A program made the position numbers and the translations under genes. Shown here in pieces: positions 1-8,006 of a stretch of 32,000 nucleotides of DNA (the first letter of the stretch is position 1; each line of letters begins with the position of its first letter). Where the stretch lies: contig NZ_DS995298.1 in the NCBI RefSeq assembly GCF_000155895.1, positions 90,001 to 122,000 on the forward strand. The letters are read 5' to 3'. The DNA comes from Candidatus Pelagibacter sp. HTCC7211 (lineage in GTDB: Bacteria > Pseudomonadota > Alphaproteobacteria > Pelagibacterales > Pelagibacteraceae). The notes under the pieces are model-generated. The model made no database searches and was not told the origin of the DNA. It saw only the letters and a list, made by a program, of their open reading frames with translations.

Positions 1-949
1 TTTTTAATTTAGATTTAATATCAATTTTAAATACCATGCCAGTATAGTATTCTAACTGTCTTCCAAATGAAGTGGAGAAAATAACATTTAATTTTGAAAT
101 TTTATTATTTGAGATTGGAAAATATTTTTGATCAACTACTAAATTTATTTTATTCTTTTTAAAAAACTTATTAAGTTCGCTTGCAGCTTTAGTAATTGGG
201 CATTTAATTTTAAGAAAATCTTTTATAATTTTTGATACATTTTTACCCTTACTGGCTCCTCTCGGATCTCTAATTTTATTATCAAATCTTTTTAAAATTT
301 CGTTAATTGATCTTCCTGCAACAACTTTAGATAAATCTTCATTTAACATTTTAAAATATCGTTTTTTATCAATTTCAACGATAGTTGGATCTACGTCTGA
401 ATTAGTTTCTAATCTCTTTAAAAGATCATTAAAATATTTTTCTCTCCAAAAATGTCTTGATAATCTTAACTTCCAACGCTTCGGGATATCTAATTTTGAA
501 ATTAACAAATTAAAGATTTCAACATTACCAATTGTTAATGTTCCTGATGTATATTTGATATTTTGAAGCGATTTTAAAGAGGTATTGATAATTTCTTTAT
601 CATCATTTTTTTCATCTTTTGATCCAATAATTTCAAATCCTACTTGGTCTCTAATTATTGAGTCTTTTTTATTTTGTGATTTTCTATAAGCTTGACCACT
701 ATAAAAAATTTTTTCTTTTCCTTTTAAATTATTTTCTAAATATCTAAGACAAGATGCAATAGTTAAGTCAGGTCTAAGGCAAAGCTCACTTCCATTTTGA
801 TCAATAAAAGAAAAAATAAATTTTCTAAAATTTTCACCTGATCTTTGAACAATATGATTAGTCTCTATTACAGAGGGTAAATCTATATATTTAAATCCTT
901 TAGATTTGACCGATCTAAGGATTTTTTCAGATAAGTTTTTTGATTTCAT
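1..949 (-). CDS. hisZ: ATP phosphoribosyltransferase regulatory subunit HisZ (HisRS paralogue); 3' end cut by the window edge
   Basis: Not in the ORF track because it runs off the window. My translation from the ATG at 949..947 reads MKSKNLSEKILRSVKSKGFKYIDLPSVIETNHIVQRSGENFRKFIFSFIDQNGSELCLRPDLTIASCLRYLE...FGRQLEYYTGMVFKIDIK. It has the class-II HisRS-like motif 2 (LRPDLT) and motif 3 (YYTG). It sits directly downstream of a full-length hisS and overlaps it by 23 nt (927..949). Confidence 0.7.
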   Translation of the reverse strand, partial: MKSKNLSEKILRSVKSKGFKYIDLPSVIETNHIVQRSGENFRKFIFSFIDQNGSELCLRPDLTIASCLRYLENNLKGKEKIFYSGQAYRKSQNKKDSIIRDQVGFEIIGSKDEKNDDKEIINTSLKSLQNIKYTSGTLTIGNVEIFNLLISKLDIPKRWKLRLSRHFWREKYFNDLLKRLETNSDVDPTIVEIDKKRYFKMLNEDLSKVVAGRSINEILKRFDNKIRDPRGASKGKNVSKIIKDFLKIKCPITKAASELNKFFKKNKINLVVDQKYFPISNNKISKLNVIFSTSFGRQLEYYTGMVFKIDIKSKLK

Positions 950-2321
950 TAATTAAGTCAGCTTTTGGAATTGTTTGATTATTTTCACCCTTAACTCCTT
1001 TAAGGTTTTTAATAGTGACTGTATTATCATTAAATTCATTTTCTCCACAAATAACAGCAATGGTTAATTGACGTTTATTTGCTAAATCAAGTTGTTTACC
1101 TAAGTTTTTCTTAGTATTTAAAAAAACTTCAGCGTTAATATTATTGTCTCTTAATAGATCTGCTAATTCATAATAATTTTTTAGATACTTTTGATCCATG
1201 ACACAAACTAAAACAGGTTTTTGATCTTCAACTTTAATTTGATCTAATTGCATTAAAGCAAATAACAATCTGTCTACACCAAAGCTTATTCCTGTTCCTG
1301 GAATATCAACCCCTCTAAATCTAGATATCAATTTTGCATAAGCACCTCCTGAACATATGCTGCCAATATCTACTTCTTTTCCTTTATTATTAGTAACTTT
1401 GAAATTTAAATTAGTTTCTACAATAAAGTCAGAATAGTAAGCTAGCCCTCTTACAATTGTAAAATTAGTCTTAACTTGATTTAAATTTGATCCATAACCA
1501 AGTACTTCAAATACATCTTCTAACTCTTTTATTCCTTCTTGAGAAAGTGGGTTTTTTAAAGTTTCTTTTAATTTTTTTAAATCTTTAATTTTTAAAAAAT
1601 TTAATATTTGTTGAGCTTGATCACCTGATAGATCTGCTCCTTTAGTAATTGCACCACTTTGGTCTTTTCTTTCTTTTTTGAGTAAATCTTCAACTCCTTT
1701 TAATCCAAATCCAGGCTTATCTAATTTATCAATTGCTCGAATAACTTTAATTTGTTTTTCTTCAGAAATTTTCAATTCATTAATTAGTCCTTGAACTATT
1801 TTTCTATTGCTAACATTTATTGTGAATTGATCTTTGTTTAATCCACAATCTGACAATGTACTTGATATTAAATTACAAAGTTCAGCATTAGCTTGAGCAG
1901 GATTAACGTTTCCAACAATATCAAAATCAGCTTGCATAAATTCTCTGTAACGGCCGTTTCCAGCTTTTTCATTTCGAAATACATTTTGAATTGCATATCG
2001 TTTATAAATTGAAGGTAGTTCTTGATTATTTTGTGCAACAAATCTTGCTAGTGGACTTGATAGATCATATCGAAGCGTAATACTTTTTTCCCCATCCTGA
2101 AATGAGAATATATCAGACATAGGATTACTATCGTCTTCTGCAAGAAAAGATCCTATGTTTTCACTAATTTCAAACGAAGGTGTTTCAAGAGCGTCTGCCC
2201 CAAACTTGATAAAATTATTCTCAATCGCTTTTAATAGCTTTTTTTTGAGAAGAAGTTTTTTATCCCAACGATCTTCAAAACCTGAAGGTAATCCAGGTAC
2301 TAATTTATTTTCTTTATTCAT
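927..2321 (-). CDS. hisS: Histidyl-tRNA synthetase (long, alphaproteobacterial-type)
   Basis: This is the ORF-track frame 927..2369, but its first 16 codons read through the tRNA-His gene. The first ATG outside the tRNA is at 2321..2319 (MNKENKLVPGLPSGFEDRW...). HisRS hallmarks are present: LRYDLSSPLARF, RYREFMQADFDIVG, GGAYAKLI, GISFGVDRL and a C-terminal anticodon-binding-like domain. Confidence 0.9.
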   Translation of the reverse strand: MNKENKLVPGLPSGFEDRWDKKLLLKKKLLKAIENNFIKFGADALETPSFEISENIGSFLAEDDSNPMSDIFSFQDGEKSITLRYDLSSPLARFVAQNNQELPSIYKRYAIQNVFRNEKAGNGRYREFMQADFDIVGNVNPAQANAELCNLISSTLSDCGLNKDQFTINVSNRKIVQGLINELKISEEKQIKVIRAIDKLDKPGFGLKGVEDLLKKERKDQSGAITKGADLSGDQAQQILNFLKIKDLKKLKETLKNPLSQEGIKELEDVFEVLGYGSNLNQVKTNFTIVRGLAYYSDFIVETNLNFKVTNNKGKEVDIGSICSGGAYAKLISRFRGVDIPGTGISFGVDRLLFALMQLDQIKVEDQKPVLVCVMDQKYLKNYYELADLLRDNNINAEVFLNTKKNLGKQLDLANKRQLTIAVICGENEFNDNTVTIKNLKGVKGENNQTIPKADLINEIKKLI

Positions 2322-2325
2322 TTTT

Positions 2326-2400
2326 TGGTACCCGGGCTGAGAATCGAACTCAAACTTAAAGTTCCACAAACTTTCGTGCTAACCGTTACACCACCCAGGC
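2326..2400 (-). tRNA. tRNA-His (anticodon GTG), encoded CCA, no encoded G-1, G1-U72 pair, A73 discriminator
   Basis: Hand-folded from the reverse complement: GCCTGGG TG GTGT AACGGTTA GCAC G AAAGT TTGTGGA ACTTT AAGT TTGAG TTCGATT CTCAG CCCGGGT A CCA. The anticodon loop is TT-GTG-GA. The base 5' of G1 is T. Confidence 0.9.
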
Positions 2401-2565
2401 ATTCCTTGTTTTTATATTATTTTTGTGTGGATTTAAAATTATATTATAAATAAATAGCCTACAGGCTATGCAAACAAATTCTATGAGTACTTCTTGAAGT
2501 CTCTCTATACGTAATATTTATAATCATGAGCAGTCTTTTAGACAATAATTCCGATTATTCAAGAC

Positions 2566-2612
2566 AAAAAATAAAAAAGGACGTTATCTATTTTTCTATA
2601 GATAAAACGCCC
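2566..2612 (-). terminator. Rho-independent terminator downstream of csp
   Basis: The minus-strand RNA is GGGCGUU-UU-AUCUAU AGAAAA AUAGAU-AACGUCC. That gives a 13-bp stem with a 2-nt bulge, followed by UUUUUUAUUUUUUG. Confidence 0.6.
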
Positions 2613-2633
2613 TTTAAAATATTTTAATAAAAA

Positions 2634-2846
2634 TTAGTCTACTTTTTTTAAGTTAACTGCTGAAGGACCTTTAGGACCATCTTCTAATGTAAATTCAAGT
2701 TTATCACCCTCATTTAGATATCTCATACCTGCTGCTTTAACAGCTGATGCATGCACAAAGGCATCTTTTTCTTTGTCATCTCTTTCAATGAAACCATACC
2801 CTTTTTTACCATTATACCATTTAATTTTACCCGTTAATGTACTCAT
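2634..2846 (-). CDS. cspA: Cold-shock protein, CspA family (single CSD)
   Basis: 70 aa. KIKWYNGKKGYGFIE (RNP1-like) and DAFVHASAV (RNP2-like) are present. About 80 nt of leader (2847..2926) separates it from the upstream tRNA-Phe. Confidence 0.9.
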   Translation of the reverse strand: MSTLTGKIKWYNGKKGYGFIERDDKEKDAFVHASAVKAAGMRYLNEGDKLEFTLEDGPKGPSAVNLKKVD

Positions 2847-2926
2847 CTTATTCTTAGTCCTTATGTTGTTTATTATTCTGTAAAGCTATTTTGATTTTTT
2901 TTAAATTTCAAGATTAAAAATGATGG

Positions 2927-3001
2927 TGGTGCCTCGGGAAGGATTCGCACCTCCGACACAAGCCTTTTCAGGGCTCTGCTCTACTCCTGAGCTACCGAGG
3001 C
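2927..3001 (-). tRNA. tRNA-Phe (anticodon GAA), encoded CCA
   Basis: Hand-folded: GCCTCGG TA GCTC AGGAGTA GAGC A GAGCC CTGAAAA GGCTT GTGTC GGAGG TGCGAAT CCTTC CCGAGGC A CCA. The T-loop reads TGCGAAT, with G at position 55. Confidence 0.85.
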
Positions 3002-3007
3002 AAAAGA

Positions 3008-3223
3008 TTAACCTCTAAAGATTATTCTGCCTTTTGTAAGGTCATAAGGTGTAATTTCTACTGTCACATTATCCCCTTGCAATACTCTAATTCTATTTTT
3101 TCTTAACTTACCAGCTGTGTGTGCAGTAACTGTATGGCCATTTTCTAATTTAACTCTAAACATTGCGTTTGGTAGTAAGTCCGTTACTTTACCCTTAAAT
3201 TCTAGTAGGTCTTGTTTTGACAA
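3008..3223 (-). CDS. infA: Translation initiation factor IF-1
   Basis: 71 aa with an S1-like fold sequence: [63 protein letters not shown]. The stop codon lies 6 nt before tRNA-Phe. Confidence 0.95.
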   Translation of the reverse strand: MSKQDLLEFKGKVTDLLPNAMFRVKLENGHTVTAHTAGKLRKNRIRVLQGDNVTVEITPYDLTKGRIIFRG

Positions 3224-3225
3224 AT

Positions 3226-4509
3226 TTATTTTCTCCTAATTCTTTTCTTTACAGATTCAGCATGTCCTGCTAAGCCTTCGTAATTTGCAAGTGTTATAAC
3301 GGATGGTCCAAGACTTTCAATACCCTTTTTAGATAAGTTTATGTAGGAAATCCGTTTATAAAATTCGTTTACACTTACTCCACTTGAGTATTTTGCAGAT
3401 CCGTTTGTTGGAAGTATATGGTTTGATCCTACATTGTAATCTGTCATTGCCATAACCGCATATTTTCCTAAACAAATAGAACCTGAGTTTTTAATTTTTG
3501 GAATAAACGATTTATAATTCTTAACATTCAGCTCCAAGTGTTCGGGTGCAATTTTATTTACTACATCAGTAATTTTTTTATCAGAACTAATGTGCATTAA
3601 AATTCCATTACTAATTAAACTTTTTTTAGCAACAGATTGTCTTGGAATTTCTTTTAATTGTTTAAAGATTTCAATTTTAACTTTTTCTACAATATTTTTA
3701 TCTTTAGAAATTAAAATACATTGAGCAAGATTATCATGCTCTGCTTGACCTATTAGATCACTTGCGACCCATCCTGGATTCGAAAATTTATCACAAATTA
3801 TTGTTACCTCAGATGGTCCTGCAGTCATTCCCTCAATTCCAACATCACCAAAAACTTCTTTCTTAGCGGCTGCAACAAATGCATTGCCAGGACCTACAAT
3901 TTTATTAACCTTTTTTATTCTTTTTGTTCCATAAGCTGCGGCAGCAATTGCTGATGGCCCTCCTATTGAATAAATCTCTTTTATTTTACATTTACGCGCT
4001 GCATATAATACTGCTGGATTTTGCTTTCCTTTATATCCAGGATTGATCATTATTACCCTTTTAACACCAGCAACAATTGCTGGAATAGCGTTCATTAAAA
4101 CACTTGAAGGGTATGAAGCTGTAGAACCAGGCACATATATTGCAACTGATTCTATTGGAACATATTTGTATTCCAATTTATTTTTTAGTTTATCTGTGTA
4201 TGAAATATTCTTAAATTTTTGAAGAGAGTGAAATTTATGAATTCTAGTATATGCAAGATCAATTGCATTTTTAACTTTTTTATCTAGAGACTTTATTGAT
4301 TTAGAAATTTGATTAGCGCTTGGTACAATTACATTATTTTTATTAAATCTTTTTTCATATTTTAAAAGAGCTTTATCGCCATTTTTTTTAACATCTTTTA
4401 TAATACCTACAATTGAAACTGAATTGGATTGGACTTTATTTTTTCTTTTTAAAAGCAAAGCGTCCAAAACTTTATCAAAATTTTTACTCTTACTATTTAA
4501 TATTTTCAT
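3226..4509 (-). CDS. hisD: Histidinol dehydrogenase
   Basis: 427 aa. Contains [22 protein letters not shown] and PEHLEL motifs. Confidence 0.92.
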   Translation of the reverse strand: MKILNSKSKNFDKVLDALLLKRKNKVQSNSVSIVGIIKDVKKNGDKALLKYEKRFNKNNVIVPSANQISKSIKSLDKKVKNAIDLAYTRIHKFHSLQKFKNISYTDKLKNKLEYKYVPIESVAIYVPGSTASYPSSVLMNAIPAIVAGVKRVIMINPGYKGKQNPAVLYAARKCKIKEIYSIGGPSAIAAAAYGTKRIKKVNKIVGPGNAFVAAAKKEVFGDVGIEGMTAGPSEVTIICDKFSNPGWVASDLIGQAEHDNLAQCILISKDKNIVEKVKIEIFKQLKEIPRQSVAKKSLISNGILMHISSDKKITDVVNKIAPEHLELNVKNYKSFIPKIKNSGSICLGKYAVMAMTDYNVGSNHILPTNGSAKYSSGVSVNEFYKRISYINLSKKGIESLGPSVITLANYEGLAGHAESVKKRIRRK

Positions 4510-4907
4510 TACTGTTTAATTTCGTTTTGATCCTCTAGATTTACCTCAATTGTTTCTGTAGTCAAAGCTATGTGAGCATTATTATCAAAAATTAAGTTAA
4601 TTTCATAATCATCTTTATTTTTTAAATAATCTATAGCTATTAAGTCTAAAACTAATTCTTCATTTTTTTGATCAATATTTTTTGACTTTACTTTATCAAC
4701 AAAATCAAACCTGCAAATACTGTTAATTATTTTATCTGCTTGATCTGTTTCAATTTTGGTTCGTTCAAGAGATAATAAAAAAACTTTATTTGAAGCAAGA
4801 TATTTAATGTCTGCTACTTTAACTTTTGCACCAGCAGTACATGCAGAAATCATTTGTAAACCCTCATTATCTGTAGCAATTATTTGAGCTAGATATTTTT
4901 TATCCAT
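4509..4907 (-). CDS. Conserved hypothetical protein, DUF2948-like
   Basis: 132 aa. As I recall, the position between murA and hisD, and the N-terminal pattern (L..IA.D.EGLQ.ISA....A.VKV.DI.Y), match the DUF2948 family of alphaproteobacteria. It shares 1-nt overlaps with both neighbours. Confidence 0.55.
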   Translation of the reverse strand: MDKKYLAQIIATDNEGLQMISACTAGAKVKVADIKYLASNKVFLLSLERTKIETDQADKIINSICRFDFVDKVKSKNIDQKNEELVLDLIAIDYLKNKDDYEINLIFDNNAHIALTTETIEVNLEDQNEIKQ

Positions 4908-6160
4908 TAATTAACTCTTCTAATTTTTGCACCAACTTTTTTTAATTTCTTTTCTAAACTCTCATATCCACGATCTAGGTGATATATTCTATTTATAACA
5001 GATTTACCTTTTGCAGTTAATGCAGCAAGAATTAATGAAACTGAAGCTCTTAAATCAGTTGCCATCAATTCTGCTGCTGCAAAATTTATATTTCCTTCAA
5101 CTATAGCTTTATTGCCATTAGTTGAGATATTGGCGCCCATTCGATTTAACTCTGCAACATGCATAAATCTATTTTCAAAAATATCTTCTTTTATTAAAGA
5201 TTTTTTATTTGCTTTACATAACAAAACCATGATCTGCGCCTGCAGATCTGTTGGAAAGCCTGGATAAGGTGCTGTTTTTATATTTATATTATTGATCTTT
5301 TTATTTCCAATAATGTGAATATCACCTTTTTTAATACTAATTTTTGCACCTATCTTTTTAAGGATATCAATTTCAGTTTGAATAATACTTGGTACGACAT
5401 TTTTAATCGTTAAATTTCCTTCTGTAACAGCTGCTGCAACTAAATAAGTACCAGCCTCAATTCTATCGAACATAATTTTATAATTTGTTTCATTAATTTT
5501 GCTTACACCTTGAATTTTAATTGAGCGTTTTGTAATCCATTTTATTTTACATCCAGCTTTATTTAAAAAATTAATCAAATCTTTTATCTCAGGCTCTATT
5601 GCACAATTACTTAAAATAGTGGTGCCTTTTGCTAAACTTGCAGCAATAATTAAATTTTCAGTAGCTCCAACTGAAATTTTTGGAAATCGAATTTTAGATC
5701 CTTTTAAACCTTTAGGTGCAGTTGCATGTACATAACCTTCAATAATTTTATATTTTACACCAAGTTTTGATAATGCTTTTAAATGAATGTCTACTGGTCT
5801 TGTGCCAATTGCACATCCTCCTGGTAGTGAGACTTTTGCGCTACCAAATTTTGCAAGTAGTGGGCCAAGAACCAAAATACCTGCTCGCATAGTTTTCATT
5901 AAATTATAGGAGGCAATTTTTTTTTGTTGTTTAGAATTATCAATAATTAATTTTTCATTATCAAATTTTACTTTTGATCCTAATGATTGTATTAAATTAA
6001 TCATTGTCTCAATATCTTTTACCTTTGGTAAATTATTTAAATAAATTTTTTTACTAGATAACAAAGTTGCCGCTAAAATTGGTAAAGAAGCATTCTTTGA
6101 ACCAGATATTTTTATTTGTCCTTTGAGCTTATTTGCTCCTAGGACTTCTAGTTTTTGCAT
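4907..6160 (-). CDS. murA: UDP-N-acetylglucosamine 1-carboxyvinyltransferase
   Basis: 417 aa. Contains GSKNASLPILAATLL, the active-site loop PGGCAIGTRPVD, and a C-terminal LDRGYE..EKKL. Confidence 0.95.
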   Translation of the reverse strand: MQKLEVLGANKLKGQIKISGSKNASLPILAATLLSSKKIYLNNLPKVKDIETMINLIQSLGSKVKFDNEKLIIDNSKQQKKIASYNLMKTMRAGILVLGPLLAKFGSAKVSLPGGCAIGTRPVDIHLKALSKLGVKYKIIEGYVHATAPKGLKGSKIRFPKISVGATENLIIAASLAKGTTILSNCAIEPEIKDLINFLNKAGCKIKWITKRSIKIQGVSKINETNYKIMFDRIEAGTYLVAAAVTEGNLTIKNVVPSIIQTEIDILKKIGAKISIKKGDIHIIGNKKINNINIKTAPYPGFPTDLQAQIMVLLCKANKKSLIKEDIFENRFMHVAELNRMGANISTNGNKAIVEGNINFAAAELMATDLRASVSLILAALTAKGKSVINRIYHLDRGYESLEKKLKKVGAKIRRVN

Positions 6161-6162
6161 GG

Positions 6163-6717
6163 TTAAACTTTAGGTAATGTTACTCCAGTTTGACCCATGT
6201 ATTTTCCGTTTCTATCTGCATAAGTCACTTCTGGTTTTTCATTTCCTTTTAAAAAAATGAATTGTGCAACACCTTCATTTGCATAAATTTTAGCAGGCAG
6301 TGGTGTGGTGTTTGAAAACTCAAGTGTTACATACCCTTCCCATCCAGGCTCTAAAGGTGTTACGTTAACTATAATTCCGCATCGTGCATAAGTAGATTTA
6401 CCAAGACAAATAACTAGCACATCATCTGGTATTTTGAACTTTTCGACTGTTCTAGCTAATACAAATGAATTAGGTGGAATAATGCACTCTGAAACATTTT
6501 TAGTTACAAAGTTTGTTGGTTTAAAATTTTTAGGATCAACTATTTCAGAATTTACATTTGTAAATATCTTAAATTCTTCAGATACTCTAGCATCGTAACC
6601 GAAAGAGGATAAACCATATGAAATACTATTTCCTCTAACTTGTTTTTCTTCAAACGGACTAATCATATCTTCTTCTATAGACATTTTTCTAATCCACTTA
6701 TCTGAAAGAACTGACAT
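6163..6717 (-). CDS. dcd: dCTP deaminase
   Basis: 184 aa. Contains [17 protein letters not shown] and a trimeric dUTPase-like fold sequence, with [21 protein letters not shown]. Confidence 0.9.
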   Translation of the reverse strand: MSVLSDKWIRKMSIEEDMISPFEEKQVRGNSISYGLSSFGYDARVSEEFKIFTNVNSEIVDPKNFKPTNFVTKNVSECIIPPNSFVLARTVEKFKIPDDVLVICLGKSTYARCGIIVNVTPLEPGWEGYVTLEFSNTTPLPAKIYANEGVAQFIFLKGNEKPEVTYADRNGKYMGQTGVTLPKV

Positions 6718-6818
6718 TATTTATTTTTCTTTTTTGTTTTTTTTTGAAAAAGTTTTCTTTTCTTTAAGTTTTTTCTTAGTGCTAAGCTTAAGCGCTCATT
6801 TTTATCTTTTGAATTCAT
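6717..6818 (-). CDS. Candidate small basic protein (33 aa), below the ORF-track size cutoff
   Basis: My translation is [33 protein letters not shown]. Its ATG overlaps the TGA of the upstream 66-aa ORF (ATGA at 6815..6818). Its TAA overlaps the dcd ATG (TAATG at 6715..6719). It therefore fills the apparent gap exactly. Confidence 0.45.
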   Translation of the reverse strand: MNSKDKNERLSLALRKNLKKRKLFQKKTKKKNK

Positions 6819-7015
6819 TCTTTATCTGGATTAGTAAGGAAGTCTAAGGTTATTGGCTTTGAAGTATCTAGTGTTTTTGGTTTTGCCTCCTCCTCCTTTG
6901 GGCCTTCTTTAGCTAAACGTTTAGCTTTTTTTTCTGCAAGCTTCTTTTCTCTCTTAGCTTGCTTTTCCATAAGCTTATTACCTTTAGTAGATTTATAATC
7001 GTAATGAATTCCCAT
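6815..7015 (-). CDS. Hypothetical lysine/glutamate-rich small protein (66 aa)
   Basis: From the ORF track. A GAGGA Shine-Dalgarno-like motif sits about 5-7 nt upstream of the ATG (minus-strand CTTGAGGAAATTTTATG). It is the first gene of a long co-directional array. I recognise no family. Confidence 0.5.
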   Translation of the reverse strand: MGIHYDYKSTKGNKLMEKQAKREKKLAEKKAKRLAKEGPKEEEAKPKTLDTSKPITLDFLTNPDKE

Positions 7016-7114
7016 AAAATTTCCTCAAGTAGATATAATTCATATTACCTAAAAAATTAAGGCAATATTTTGAAAAAAATGCTTTATTATCAATAAAATA
7101 TAAATTGTTTATTA

Positions 7115-7188
7115 GCTCCTATAGATAAATGGTATATCAAGTCATTGGTAATGACTAATTCCCTGGTCAGTACAGGGTGGGAGCACCA
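7115..7188 (+). tRNA. tRNA-Thr (anticodon GGT), encoded CCA
   Basis: Hand-folded: GCTCCTA TA GATA AATGGTA TATC A AGTCA TTGGTAA TGACT AATT CCCTG GTCAGTA CAGGG TGGGAGC A CCA. The T-loop GTCAGTA is non-canonical. Confidence 0.8.
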
Positions 7189-7191
7189 TAA

Positions 7192-7917
7192 TTAATTTTT
7201 ATAAAAAATTTTTCTCAAAAAAATTGTAAATAAAATTAATGTAAAAAACGCTAAAATTGGAACGTATATATCTTGGGAAAAAATTACATCTGTAATTTTT
7301 GGAACCTCTGAATTTTGATCAATTAATTTCTCTAAACCACTTCCAATTGAAACAGCTAAAAAAATTTGAGGTATAATTCCTATAATCGTTGCAAAGAAAA
7401 AATTCTTTATTTTCACATTAAAAAGTGTTGGTAAAAGACAGCTTAATTGCCAAGGTATTCCTCCAATGAATCTATATATCAATAAATAAATAAATTCAGA
7501 TTTTTTAAATTTCATTTCAAGTCTTTGGTATTTGTTTAAAAAATTTTCTCTAATAAAATTTTTTAAAAAATAATTTCCAAACACATACAAAAGAGTTGCG
7601 CCAATGCTTAATCCTAAAACAACAATTAGAGTTCCAATCCATTTTCCAAAAATAAATCCTCCAAACAAAGCTACAGGAGATCCAAAACCTAAAAATGGAA
7701 AAACCCATAATATTGTCAGTAATAAAAAAATTATTGATATTAAAAACAAATTAGAGTTTTTAAGTTCAAAGAAATAAGATCTGTTTTGTTTAATGAAATC
7801 ATATGATGTGAGATCTTGAAGGCTAAATTTTGAAAAGAAAAAGTATAAAAATAAACAAACTAAAATTAGATAGGATAATCCTATAATTGTTTTAATTTTT
7901 TTAGTTTTTTCCATCAA
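7192..7917 (-). CDS. TVP38/TMEM64 (DedA-superfamily) inner-membrane protein
   Basis: 241 aa with multiple TM segments. The core FPFLGFGSPVALFGGFIFGKWIGTLIVVLGLSIGATLLYVFG is typical of the YdjX/TVP38 family. The start could be 7917 or 7914. Confidence 0.7.
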   Translation of the reverse strand: MMEKTKKIKTIIGLSYLILVCLFLYFFFSKFSLQDLTSYDFIKQNRSYFFELKNSNLFLISIIFLLLTILWVFPFLGFGSPVALFGGFIFGKWIGTLIVVLGLSIGATLLYVFGNYFLKNFIRENFLNKYQRLEMKFKKSEFIYLLIYRFIGGIPWQLSCLLPTLFNVKIKNFFFATIIGIIPQIFLAVSIGSGLEKLIDQNSEVPKITDVIFSQDIYVPILAFFTLILFTIFLRKIFYKN

Positions 7918-7945
7918 ATCTAATACAATTTATAAAATCTTCTGT

Positions 7946-7974
7946 TTGCTATTTATATATTTAATTACTATAAA
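7946..7974 (+). promoter_or_regulatory. Candidate sigma-70-type promoter for rpmH-rnpA-yidD-yidC
   Basis: TTGCTA (7946..7951), a 17-nt spacer, then TATAAA (7969..7974), about 33 nt upstream of the rpmH ATG. This is weak evidence in AT-rich DNA. Confidence 0.3.
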
Positions 7975-8006
7975 GGGCGAAATTTAATTAAAAATTAACC
8001 ACATTT

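Noticed and set aside
2155-2340. 61-aa plus-strand ORF
   Set aside because: It is antisense within hisS and tRNA-His and has a low-complexity composition. It is a shadow ORF of a well-supported gene.
2322-2369. N-terminal extension of the hisS ORF (track start at 2369, MWNFKFEFDSQPGYQK...)
   Set aside because: These 16 codons are simply the tRNA-His gene read as protein. The conserved HisRS N-terminus begins after the ATG at 2321.
6778-6796. Palindrome AGTGCT-AAGCTTA-AGCGCT as a possible terminator between the 66-aa ORF and dcd
   Set aside because: On the transcribed (minus) strand the stem has a C:A mismatch and no U-tract. The sequence is better explained as coding for ERLSLAL in the 33-codon ORF.
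7995-8003. DnaA-box-like TTAACCACA just upstream of rpmH (possible origin relic, since dnaA and rpmH are neighbours in many bacteria)
   Set aside because: It is a single 8/9 match to TTATCCACA. Several such matches are expected by chance in 32 kb on two strands. There is no cluster of boxes, no AT-rich unwinding repeats beyond background, and no dnaA nearby.
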